Of a stretch of 64,000 nt of DNA, positions 44,101 to 56,986 are shown piece after piece (position 1 is the stretch's first letter; each line of letters opens with the position of its first letter). Under the pieces are notes generated by a model that was given only the letters and a program-made list of their open reading frames with translations, did not search any database and was not told the origin of the DNA. The stretch is from contig JBODTK010000147.1 of NCBI GenBank assembly GCA_050613775.1, forward strand, positions 62,001 through 126,000. The letters are read 5' to 3'. Both the position numbers and the translations under genes were made by a program. Origin of the DNA: Neocallimastix sp. 'constans'. Taxonomy: Eukaryota.

Positions 44101-45954
44101 TGGTTCACATTTCCAATCGACTGAGCTGACATCATACAGTAAAAATGTGATTATCTATATTAATTAATTATTTAACTAACGATGAATTTAACATATTATA
44201 ATACTTTTATGAAAAAGTTAAATGTGAAAATTAATCATTCATTTTTTAAATTTTTAATCATTCAAATCTAAATATTTAATTCCTAAATTCTTATATTTGA
44301 GGGGGGAATAATGATCACATGTAAAAAAAAATTTAAATTAAGAACATAAACGAATATGAGAAAACATCAATTATAAGTTAATTAAAGCAAAAACCAAAAA
44401 AAAAAAAAAATTTTTTTTTTTTACTAGAATATCATTTAGTAACTAAGATTGATCTCATCGAAAAAGAAGATTTAAAATATCAAAAAGAAGAAAACGTAAA
44501 TAAAAATTTACATGATAAGACTAATATTTCTCAAGATTACTAAAATGACTAAATTATCCATTTGCATATTAAAGAACCCTAACAGGGAAATTTTGAAAAA
44601 ATTAACCTACAAGAAGAAATTAATTGAAATATGAAATCTTTATCAATTATGCAGCAATTTATATTATTTATTAATAAGTTTAAATGACTAAAAATAACAT
44701 AATGAATTATAAATGAAATCACTTTTAATACCCCAAAATTATATTTTATCAAATACACCAATATATAATAATCAACATTTTTATGTAAAAAATAAACAAA
44801 TAATTTCATAAGAGATTTCATAATAAATATTTAAAAGCAAATCACAAGGTTAATATTAAACCCATAGAAGAGTGATAAATAAAAGATTGATAAATTGGTT
44901 ACCTCTTACCAACAAAAGTACACCCTGTTGCAAGGTTAATTATTTATCCCACAAAAAGAGATTATAATAAAATAAATGGTTTCTATCTCTTTATCTAACG
45001 AAAGTATGGTTGAAGACGATAAATCGAAGATACCACTATATAATAAATTTACATCTAAAATTTTTAAAAAGTTAATAATAATTTTATATAATGATTGCAA
45101 GACACTTTATACACTTTATTGTAACAATACTTAATTCGATGAAGTTTTTACAAAACTCATCTAATATGAATCTCAAAACTACAAAGCGAAAATATGTTAA
45201 TAGTTAATGCTAATTTATAAAGCAATATTTAACATAGTTATTACTAAAACGACAAAGTGAAATATATATAAAAATTAGCGCTAACCCACAAAGCTGTTTA
45301 TAACTGAAAGTGATGTAAAACCCAATATTTAAGAGGTATTCATACAAATTGAGATGTGTATAATATCACCCTTCAAGAAAAAGGTTTCCATCATACAAAT
45401 AGTAATAAATAAACCATATATTATGAGAGATGTTTTAGATACATCTAATATTAATGGTGTAATAATATTAAATATTTAGTTTTAAGGGGAAATTATTTGA
45501 TTACAAATATAATTAAGAAATTATTTTAGCAATATTTAAATCGAATTAAAGAAATTAAAGAAATGGAAAAAATATTTTATTCATGTAAAATTAAGAGGTT
45601 AATTTAAAATAGAAGTAATTAATAGTTTAATAATATCAAGTTAATATTATAAAATAGAATAATTTTATATATACATATTCACCAGTAAACCAATTTATTC
45701 ATTATAGAATAATTTGGTTTTATGAGGGAATGTTACAATATGTGAATTTATATATTAAATGAATCAAGAATAATGATAATGTAAATTATTAATATAAGCA
45801 TATTATAATGTAATTAATTAAAAGTATTCTAGAACAGGCCACATTTTTAGTATAAATACATGACATGTAAATATCATTATGTTAAATATTGTTAATTACC
45901 TATTTATATTTACATATAAATAACCTTATTAATAAAACTTTATATTCAATAATA
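41164..45954 (+). mobile_element. 4.8-kb LTR-bounded element (LARD-like) without recognisable gag/pol, carrying decayed cargo coding sequence
   Basis: Diverged direct repeats 41164-41389 and 45731-45954, with shared blocks TATTAAATGAATC.AGAATAATGATAAT, TATAATGTAATTAATTAAA, TTTAGTATAAATACATG and AATAAAACTT.ATATTCAATAATA. PBS at 41390-41403; PPT GAGGGAA before 45731; internal TTGAGGGGGGAA at ~44297; (ATT)n on both sides. Confidence 0.85.
42592..43100 (+). pseudogene. Frameshifted peptidase M15 (M15A/Peptidase_M15_3-type Zn peptidoglycan peptidase) of bacterial/phage type
   Basis: Stitched translation: EPKYF..TLNELTY..IAINNNI-DNTPTPEIKK..LITLIVECLNSIRINY-GEPITISSGYRNQEV..NSQHTKSEAADLQP..LYNAIIK-FKEYD*FII..LWAHV..NNRHE. 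Contains SGYR (42772-42783), the H-x6-D Zn ligands (42860-42883) and the WxH third ligand (43025-43033). Confidence 0.85.
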
Positions 45955-46053
45955 ATTATTATTATTATTATTATAATTATTATTATTATTATTATTATTA
46001 TTATAATTATTATTATTATTATTATAATTATTATTATTATTATTATTATTATA

Positions 46054-46125
<72 letters not shown>

Positions 46126-46155
46126 ATTATTATTATTATTATTATTATTATTATA

Positions 46156-46186
<31 letters not shown>
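45955..46186. repeat. (ATT)n microsatellite with periodic ATA interruptions
   Basis: Directly visible. Confidence 0.95.
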
Positions 46187-47289
46187 GTGTTATTTTTTTT
46201 TTTCGTTATTTTTAATTAATATGAATTTTTTTTATTATTTATTATTTATTATTTATCATTATTATTTATTATATAACATTATTTATTTCTAATATTATTT
46301 ATTATAGTTTATAATAATTTTATTATTATTATTATTATTGTAGTTATTACTGTTATTTTTAATTTTTTTTTTTTTTTTATTAATTATTATGATTATAGCT
46401 GATGATATTATTTCTTATATCATCATTTTTTATTATTATTTATTATTATTATTATTATTATTTGTATATATTATTATGTAATATAATTTTTTCATATTAT
46501 TAATTATAATCAAATTATTTTTTAATTTTCATTATTTATCATTAATTACTTATTTATTATTATTAATATTACAGGTATTTTTTTTATTATTCATTATTAC
46601 ACTAATATCTGTACATTAATTGACAATAATATTAATAATAGTAATAATAATAAGAAATAAAAATAAATAATAGTAATAGTTATAAATGAGTAGTGAATAA
46701 TATAGTAGTTAAAAATGATAGTTATTAGTCATCATTATTATATCTAAAATTTAATATAATTAATAGTAAAAAAAAATAAAATAAAATAAAAACTAAGTGA
46801 ATATGGCTGTTGTTAATTATAACTATTATTCATCGTTATTCTATCTAACTCTAAAATTTAATATAAGTAATAATAAAAAAAATAAAAAAAAATAAAAAAG
46901 TTTTTAACAAAAATATGAATAAAAAAAATAATTATTGTTATGAATACTGCTTAACATAATTATAAATTAATATTTATAATTAATAGAAATAATCATAAAT
47001 ATTAATAATATTTAATAATAACAGTAATAAAAGAATCATAATAATAATAATAATTAATAATTAATGATTATTAAATATTATTTATTATTTATTATAATTA
47101 ATTATAGCTATTTCTATTAATTTTATCTCTATTAATACACAGATAATTCTAAAAAAAATTGAAATAATGGTGATAATGATAAATAACATTCAAATAATAA
47201 TAAATAATAAGAATAATAAAAATATAAATAATGAATAATAAATAATGAATAATAAATAATAAACAATAAATTATGATAATAATAATAAT

Positions 47290-47351
<62 letters not shown>

Positions 47352-47520
47352 TAATAATATAATAAAAAAAAATAATTGAAAAATAAATGTAACTAAAAAT
47401 TATTAAATAATAATAAATACTAATATTAAAAATCTAAATAATAAATAATAAATACATCATATAAAATGATTATTAATAATTATAAACTAGAATTATTTAT
47501 TATAGATAATAAAAAATAAT

Positions 47521-47820
47521 TAATAATAATTATTAACTAGAAAGATTTGTTGTAGATACTGAACAATAATTAATAATAATTATTAACTAGAAAGATTTGT
47601 TGTAGATACTGAACAATAATTAATAATAATTATTAACTAGAAAGATTTGTTGTAGATACTGAACAATAATTAATAATAATTATTAACTAGAAAGATTTGT
47701 TGTAGATACTGAACAATAATTAATAATAATTATTAACTAGAAAGATTTGTTGTAGATACTGAACAATAATTAATAATAATTATTAACTAGAAAGATTTGT
47801 TGTAGATACTGAACAATAAT
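47521..47820. repeat. Six perfect tandem copies of a 50-bp unit
   Basis: Unit TAATAATAATTATTAACTAGAAAGATTTGTTGTAGATACTGAACAATAAT repeated six times without spacers. Confidence 0.95.
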
Positions 47821-48083
47821 TAATAACAATAATAATAATAAAAAAAATGTCATATAAAAAAAAAAAAGTTTAATAAGAAATAATTAGAAATTAATAACAA
47901 TAATTAATATTAGTATTAGTATCATAAACTCTTTAACTCTTTACTATTATTTGTTATTATTCATACTACTATTAATTAGTATTGTCTCAAATTTTATTTT
48001 ATATTTTTTTTTTAATTATTATAGTTATTATTTATTATGATTATGAATATTTTATTCTCCGTTATTGTCTCTATTTTTACTAA

Positions 48084-48114
<31 letters not shown>

Positions 48115-48287
48115 TTTTTAGTATTATTATATTTTTTATTAATAAATAAAATTTATAATTATTGTATATATATATATACATTATCTTATATATATAAAAA
48201 TGTAAACAATCTATATTTAAACAGGGTACTTTTGAATTTTGTTCCATATCTCTTTAGAATAGCCTAATTAACATACATATGTAAATC

Positions 48288-48339
<52 letters not shown>

Positions 48340-48579
48340 TGTAATGGTATTAGTATTAGTATTATTAATTTTTTTTGTAACAATTTTATTATTACTATTT
48401 TTTTTGTTACAATTTTATTATTTATTACTATTATTATTCAATAGGGTTTTTTTTTTTTAAAAAAAAAAATTCATAAATTACTATATTTATTTATTATTAT
48501 TATTATTATTATTTGCAATTAGGAAAGGAAAAGGAATAAAATTATTGTTATTAGTTTTATTGATCTATACTTTGTCTAA

Positions 48580-48678
48580 TGATTTTTTTTTTTATTACTT
48601 ATTTTAAAGTATATTAAGGTATACTCCAATTTGTTTCATTCATTCGTCACCAATAATTAAAAATTATTTTAAAGTTTA

Positions 48679-48726
<48 letters not shown>

Positions 48727-49130
48727 ACTGGGAAAAAAAATTTTTTTTTTTTCCTTTTCTTTTTCTTTCCTTTTTCCTTTTTGAATTTAGCATTAATGTA
48801 GTATCCAACTCAGACCAAGGATTAGGACCTATATATAGATATATATATATATTTTTTTTAAAAAAAAATAAAATTACATGATTTCATTATTGTTTCATAA
48901 AAGACTAAAATAATTTAATTTTTTCATATGATTCTATTATTTTTCCTTAAATAAAGTTTGAGTAAATCTAAAATGAGGTAAAAAACGAAATATCAAAATA
49001 TCAAAAAAAAAACTACCGGGAGAAATTTTTTTAAGGTTTAATGAATTTAAATTGTAGGGTGATCAATGGAAAGATGATTGAACAACTGGAACTATACTTT
49101 AAAGTAGGTAAAAAAAAAAAAAATCCTTTG
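48580..49130. mobile_element. Degenerate TIR element / MITE remnant
   Basis: Left ACTTATTTTAAAGTATA..TCCAATTTGTTTCATTCAT..TCACC resembles the reverse complement of right GGTGATC..ATGATTGAACAACTGGAACTATACTTTAAAGTAGGT; internal repeat AAAACTAC(T/C)GGGA. Confidence 0.5.
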
Positions 49131-50114
49131 ATTCGTCCTATTTATTTCTATGTTTAAAAATTTAGTTATTATTATTATTATTATTATTATTATTTTATTA
49201 TTTATGTATTAATTTATTTATAATTGCTTTATTTAAAAAAAAATAATAATAAAATAATTCGCTAATTATAATAAACTTTTACCAACTGTGAAAGTTAAGA
49301 AAAAACAATCGGGAAAAAAAGAATTCATTATAAATATGATTCATCATTAAAAAAGTTTAATTTTTTATAATTATATTGATAATACATTTTATATCACTTT
49401 ACAATTTCATTTCAATTTTATGATATAAAACGTAAATAAAAACTTTAATTATTAATAAATTATTTTATTAATAATTACATAAAAATAAATTAATAAATCA
49501 TTTGCAAATTCGTGACAGAAATAAAACGTGATCGAAAATAACGTGATAAAATTAAAATTATGTAAAGACATAAAATTATGAAAGAACATAAAAATTAATG
49601 TAAACATAAAATTTATTACATAAATTTTATGTTATGTTAAAATTGAAATAATTTATAAATTTCTTTTTATTATTTTTATTATTTTTATATTTAATATTTT
49701 ATTTTATTATATTTTTAATTATTTTTAATAATTATTATTTTATATTAATATTTTATTAATTATAATAAATTTATATTTTTATTAATATTTTATGAATATT
49801 TTATATTTTATTTTATACTTTTATATTAAATACTTTAAATACTTAATAGTTACTCTAAGAGAATTAATTAATTAAATAGTTTATTATGAATTTCAAATAT
49901 AAAAACAAGAATAATTCTTTATAATTATTCTTTGCAGCACAATTTTATGCCAAATTTATATTATAATTATTTTATATTTTCAAGATAAATATTAAATACA
50001 TGTATTAATTAATTTTATAATTATTTTTAAATAATAAATAAATTTCATAATTAAATAACAATTTTATAAAACTTCTCCCAACAAGAGAACTTGAATCAAA
50101 GGCGTACTTTATCA

Positions 50115-50310
50115 TTTATTTCATTTCAATTTTATTTCATTTCATTTTATTTCATTTCATTTTATTTCATTTCATTTTATTTCATTTCATTTTATTTCAT
50201 TTAATTTAATTTAATCTATCTAATTTCATTTAATTTAATTTAATTTCATTTAATTTCATTTCATTTCATTTCATTTAATTTAATCTATTTTATTTAATTT
50301 AATTTAATTT
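50115..50310. repeat. (ATTTC/ATTTT/ATTTA)n pentamer-type simple repeat
   Basis: Directly visible. Confidence 0.8.
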
Positions 50311-52886
50311 AATCTATTTTAATATCTTTAATTATGTTATTTATTAGTAATTTGAATTAAATTTAATATTATATTTATTTTTTTACATTTTATTTATTTT
50401 TTTATTTATTATGTATATTTTATATTTATTATATATATATTTATTATACATACATAATCATTTATTATTATTTATATTTTTTTAAGTTTTAAAGTTTTTA
50501 AATTGATATATTTTGAATTAAAAAAAGAAATAAATATATATTTTTTAGCCAAAGTTTAATAAATTATTGTACCACCAATGAAACGAATTACCATAGAATT
50601 TAAAGTTTGAATGCTTAAACAAAAAATTACCAATAATAGAAATTCCTTAAACTTTATTTTATAATAATTTAAAGTTTATTATTTAATTTTTTTTTATTTT
50701 TATTTTTTGGGTGATTCATCTTTTTTTATTTATTTATTTCATCTATTTATTTACTTATGTATTTATTATTTTATCTATTTATTCCTTTATTAATTTATTA
50801 TTCTTTTATTTATTTATTTATTACATATTCATTTTTTATGAGTAATTCAATAGTAAATAATGAAATATTGAATATATTTCCTTTTTAAAATTGTATAATA
50901 AATATTATCGATTAATATAATATTAAATAAATATGATCATATAATATTAAATAGTATTGTCTATTTATTTATTAATAATTATTACTATTCTACAAATAAA
51001 TTAAATAAAATAAATGAATAAATAAATAATTATCTATTAAATAAATGAATTAAATCCAATATAATGATGTAATATAATAAATTTTATTAATTGATTTATT
51101 AATATATAAGAAAAATCATCAGTTTTTTTTTTTTTTTTAATTTTGTTTTAAATATTTTATAGAATTGTCAAAAACAAAAAAAAAAAAAAATTCTTTTTTT
51201 CCTTTCCTTATTGTATAAATACATGAATTTTAAAAAATAAAAAATTGGAATAAAAGTAAAGTGGACATATGTCTTTTTAATTCATAGAGAAATCGAATTA
51301 GGAATAGAATAAAATTATGAGAATATAAAAACTAACTGGCTCATTAAAAAAAAAAAAAAAAAAAAAAGGAAAAGGTTTAATATCTTATAGAGATTATATT
51401 GATATAGAATATAAAATTTATATATTTATATATGTATCTTTATTAGTTAAAATAAAAGGTTAGGATAAGTCTTGTACAACCAAGTTCTTTTCCTCGTTTT
51501 TAATTTTAATTTTAATTATGGAAAAAAAAAAAGTGTGCTACTACCACTGGAACGTGTGACTTGTACGTGGTAGTCGAGGAATATACTACAAAAAACAGAT
51601 ATTTATATATAGATAGATAGGTAAATGAAGATTTATTTATTTATTTATTTATACGTATTTATTTATTTTTATATTCATATATTTATTTATTTATATGTAT
51701 TTATTTATTATTTATTTATTTATATGTATTTATTTATTTATATATATATATTTATTATTATTTTTTAATATTATATATTATCATATATTATTTATTATTA
51801 TATTATTTATTATATGATTTATTATGATATGATTCATTATATTAATTTACTATATTATGTATTTTATACAATTTTTATATTATATTATATGTATATATAT
51901 ATATATATATTTTTTTTTTTTTGAACATTCTATGACGTAACAATGACTCGTTTTTTTTGTTGTATTTTTTTTTATATTTTTTTTTCACGAATTTTTCTTT
52001 TTTTTTTTTTTTTTTATTCCTTTTCTTCTCTCTTCTCTTATTCTTTATTTTGTTTAATTACATATTATTTAATTTTTTATATAATTATATTTTATTTCAT
52101 TCTCTCTCTATATATAAGTAGAAATCTTTATTGTTAATTTTTTTTTTTATGTTTTAATTTCATAATATCAATATATATAAAACTATAGTATAAACACCTC
52201 TAGAATAATATGAATTACTGGATGTGAATATATTTATTGTATAATAATGATGTATATTAAAAATAAAATATGTAAAAAATTTTTTTATATATATTAAATA
52301 ATAATATTTGTTATATGTTGATATCAATTATTTAAAATATATAAATATTTAATTATTTAATACAAATAAAAAAAAAATATGAATGCTTATAAATATGCAT
52401 TTAATTAAAATATTCTTATTATTCTTATTCTTCCTATTAACTCTAATATTTTGTTGCTTTTTTTTTTTTTTTTTTTTTTTTTTTTCATACAATAAAAAAT
52501 AAACACCAGAGATGATAGTCAATGTATTCAATCCTTTGATTAAGTTAAGGTATATCCTAGTAAATAAGATATTGATTAATGAAATCTTCAATTAATTTTT
52601 AGAGGAATTCTTGTATTTTTTTTTTTTAATTGGAATAAGATGTTATTCATCTTTGTAAAACTTTTATTTTATTTATTTATTTATTTATTTTTTTTTTACA
52701 TTTAAATAGATATAAATTTAAATATATATATTTATATATATTTTTTTTATTGTATAGTAATTTTGTTATTTAAAGGATGATGACAATAACAAATTAACTA
52801 TTAGAATGAGTTGACTTTGAGTTGAATTTTTTTTTTTTATTTACTTTTTATAGTTTAATTCAATACAAATTAAATTTAATAAGTTG

Positions 52887-54040
52887 AATAATAAATAATA
52901 AATAATAAATAATAAATAATAAATAATAAATAATAAATAATAAATAATAAATAATAAATAATAAATAATAAATATTAAATAATAAATAATAAATAATAAA
53001 TAATAAATAATAAATAATAAATAATAAATAATAAATAATAAATAATAAATAATAAATAATGAATAATAAATAATAAATAATAAATAATAAATAATAAATA
53101 ATAACAGGAGTATTTATTAATAAATAATAAATAATAAATAATATATAATAACAAGAGTATTTATTAATAAATAATAAATAATAAATAATAAATAATAAAT
53201 AATAAATAATAAATAATAAATAATAAATAATAAATAATAAATAATAAATAATAAATAATAAATAATAAATAATAAATAATAAATAATAAATAATAAATAA
53301 TAAATAATAAATAATAAATAATAAATAATAAATAATAAATAATAAATAATAAATAATAAATAATAAATAATAAATAATAAATAATATATAATATATAATA
53401 ACAGGAGTATTTATTAATAAATAATAAATAATAAATAATATATAATAACAAGAGTATTTATTAATAAATAATAAATAATAAATAATATATAATAACAAGA
53501 GTATTTATTAATAAATAATAAATAATAAATAATATATAATAACAAGAGTATTTATTAATAAATAATAAATAATAAATAATAAATAATAAATAATAAATAA
53601 TAAATAATAAATAATAAATAATAAATAATAAATAATAAATAATAAATAATACATAATAAATAATATAAATAATAAATAATAAATAATATATAATAAAAAG
53701 AGTATTTATTAATAAATAATAAATAATAAATAATAAATAATATATAATAACAAGAGTATTTATTAATAAATAATAAATAATAAATAATATATAATAACAA
53801 GAGTATTTATTAATAAATAATAAATAATAAATAATAAATAATAAATAATAAATAATAAATAATAAATAATAAATAATAAATAATAAATAATACATAATAA
53901 ATAATATAAATAATAAATAATAAATAATATATAATAAAAAGAGTATTTATTAATAAATAATAAATAATAAATAATATATAATAACAAGAGTATTTATTAA
54001 TAAATAATAAATAATAAATAATAAATAATAAATAATAAAT
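52887..54040. repeat. (AATAAAT)n satellite with interspersed ATATAATAACAAGAGTATTTATT units
   Basis: Directly visible; source of the spurious IIYYLLF ORFs. A shorter block lies at 54630-54790. Confidence 0.92.
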
Positions 54041-55455
54041 ATTAGTAATTCATCTATATTAAAAATATATATATATAAAGAAATAGTGGAATAATATATA
54101 TTAGTTGTTATATATATTCCATGTATAGTACTATATGTATTATTTGAAATATTATAATATATGATTTCTATATGCAAAATAAAAAAATGATTTAAATATT
54201 TAATAATTTTTAGACCAATAATATTTGTGCTAGAATGGTTTTCTTATAAGTAAATAAATTAAAATCAAAAAAAAATTTAAACAGAATTAAGTAGTAATTA
54301 ATAAAATATTTAATGTTTCTATAGTATTATATGGTAAATATATTGCAATATATAAATTCAATAAATAACAATTAATTGTACTATATTATATGTAATTTAA
54401 AGCATAAAGCATTCGAATGTTTTAAACAAATTAAAAATTTAATATAAAATTAGTAGAAATAAAGAAATCATGAAATAAAAATAGAATGAAAGAAAAAAAA
54501 AAATTAATTACAATTTTATATGTTTTAGCATTGTGTTCATTTGAAAACTAACAAATACAAACAATGAATAATAAATAAATCATAATAAATAAATTATAAA
54601 TCATAATAAATAAATCATAATAAATAATATATAATAAAAAGAGTATTAATAAATAATAAATAATAAATAATAAATAATAAAAAGAGTATTTATTAATAAA
54701 TAATAAATAATAAATAATAAAAAGAGTATTTATTAATAAATAATAAATGATAAATAATAAAAAGAGTATTTATTATTAAATAATCAATAATCAATAATCA
54801 ATAATCAATAATAAATAATAGTTTTAATATTCATATAATAATATAAATTTATTAAATTTTTAAAAAATAATATATATAAATATATAATAAATAGACTAAT
54901 TTATATAATAAATATAATCAATACTATATAAATAATATATTAATAATAAACTTCTCTAAATAAATAAATAAATATATAGAAAAGTAAATAGATGGATCAA
55001 TAAATATTAAATAAATTTATTAATTTTTATATAAATTGCTTTAATCATTTTAACATATTATGAATCATCATTAATTTATTTATTTATTTATTAGTTAATC
55101 TGTTCATTTACTTTTAGCATAATTATTTTTTTTTAAATAAAATTTAATAAAATAATTAGCAATAAATATAATTTATTACCATTTTTAATTAATTTATGCT
55201 TTTTTAATTATTAATCCTAAAATTTTAATCAATATCTATTTTCTTTTTAATTTAATTATTTTTTTTTTTTTTTTTAAATTTTTTTTTCCTTTTCCCTTTT
55301 CTATTTTATATTCATTTTGTATTTATCTTTTTTTTTTTTTTTTTTTTTTAATAAACGACCTTTTTTTTCTTACTTTTGAAGAATACATGGAAAAGAAATT
55401 AAATAAAAGATAATAACTTATAGAAAGAAAATATTTTATATACTTTACTAAAAGA

Positions 55456-55486
<31 letters not shown>

Positions 55487-56986
55487 TATATATTTATATT
55501 TTTTTATTATTAACATAACAAATAAAATTTCTTTCTAATGATACAATTATAAAAAAAAAAAAAAATCTAAGCAATAGTTATTTGAATTTTAATTATATAC
55601 TTATTAATTTAATGTGTAATATTACAGACTTTATGTATTGAATAACTTTTATTGCTTAAGGCTATTTTCTTTTCTTTTCCTTCCTTTTTTTTTTTTTTTT
55701 TTTTTTTTTCAATTAACTATCTATGTTATACATTTATTTATTATTTTTTATTTTTTATAAAAAAAAAAAAAAAAAGTAAAAAAGTAGTACTTTTATTTTA
55801 TTATTATTCAATAAAAGGAAGAAAATAATTAATTAATAAAAAAACGAGAAAAAATAATAAAATCTAATAAATAATACTAATAACAATAATAACCAAAGAA
55901 AAATAAAATATACAAAAAAAAAAAGAAAAAAAAAAAAAAGCAAAAAACAAAAAGCAAAAAGCAAAAAGTAAAAGGAAAAAAAAAAAAATTAACAAAAAAT
56001 ACCAAAACAAAACAAAACAAAACTAAAAAAAAAAAAAAAAAAAAGAAAGAAGAAAAAAAAGTTTATCTGTTATTTTAATATATATATATATTTTACTATA
56101 TTTTATTTTTGATTATAAATAATATATATAAATATAAGAAGCTTATAAATAAAAAGTAATTATTCTACTTTTTTTTTTTTTTTTATTTTTGTTATTATTG
56201 AAAACGATACAAGATAATATATATTTTTATATTTTAAAATAAATAAATGAAAAAAAAAAAACGAAACGAAAAACTTTTTGTATATAATAATAAACAACAA
56301 TAAAATTTGAACAAAGTATTGAATTAGAAAGAATAACATAAATTTTAATCTTATATATAACATCTATATATAAATACAAGATATAAAATAAATAAACCAA
56401 CAACAATCAAATATTATAACTTTAATAGTATTTTAATTAAAAAATAAATAAATAAAAGCATTAGTTTAGTCTTTAAACATAAATAAAAAATTTTTGTGTT
56501 TATTATATTTATATTTCAAAAATTAATAATATGTTTTAATGGTCTATCACTATTCTAACTTTATGTATTTATATAATTTTTATATAGAGCTTTGTATTCA
56601 CTCGTTATATGTTAATATTTTTAATAAGCAAAAAAAAAAAAAAAAGAAATAAAACTCTGTAAATTTAATAAAATATTTTGTATAAATAAAAAAACCAAAT
56701 TTAATAAATATCAAAATAAAGCTATAATTATTATCAAGGATAACAGCAAATAAACTGATAGATTAATAATTTTGTTTTATCTATCTTTCTTTTAGAAATA
56801 TTTTTTTTTTAAAAAAAAAACAAACTCTATTATAAAATAATATCTAAAACAAGAACAAAGACAAAAATTTTATATATTTACATATAATTATAACTATATA
56901 ACTGAAAATATAAAATAAATAAATAAATAAATAAATAAATAAATATCAACATTCATTATTTTATTAAATAATTTAAGTTTGTCAAA

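Noticed and set aside
47521..47820. CRISPR-like array; the unit contains TGTTGTAGAT, reminiscent of Cas12a repeats
   Set aside because: The units are perfect head-to-tail 50-mers with no unique spacers, there are no cas genes, and the context is eukaryotic.
51540..51575. Hairpin ACTACCAC..GTGGTAGT (and TTTTCACC..GGTGAAAA at ~20458-20477) as Helitron ends or terminators
   Set aside because: Isolated 8-bp stems with no properly placed CTRR end or other supporting context.
52860..54177. Hydrophobic IIYYLLF ORFs
   Set aside because: They are translations of the (AATAAAT)n satellite.
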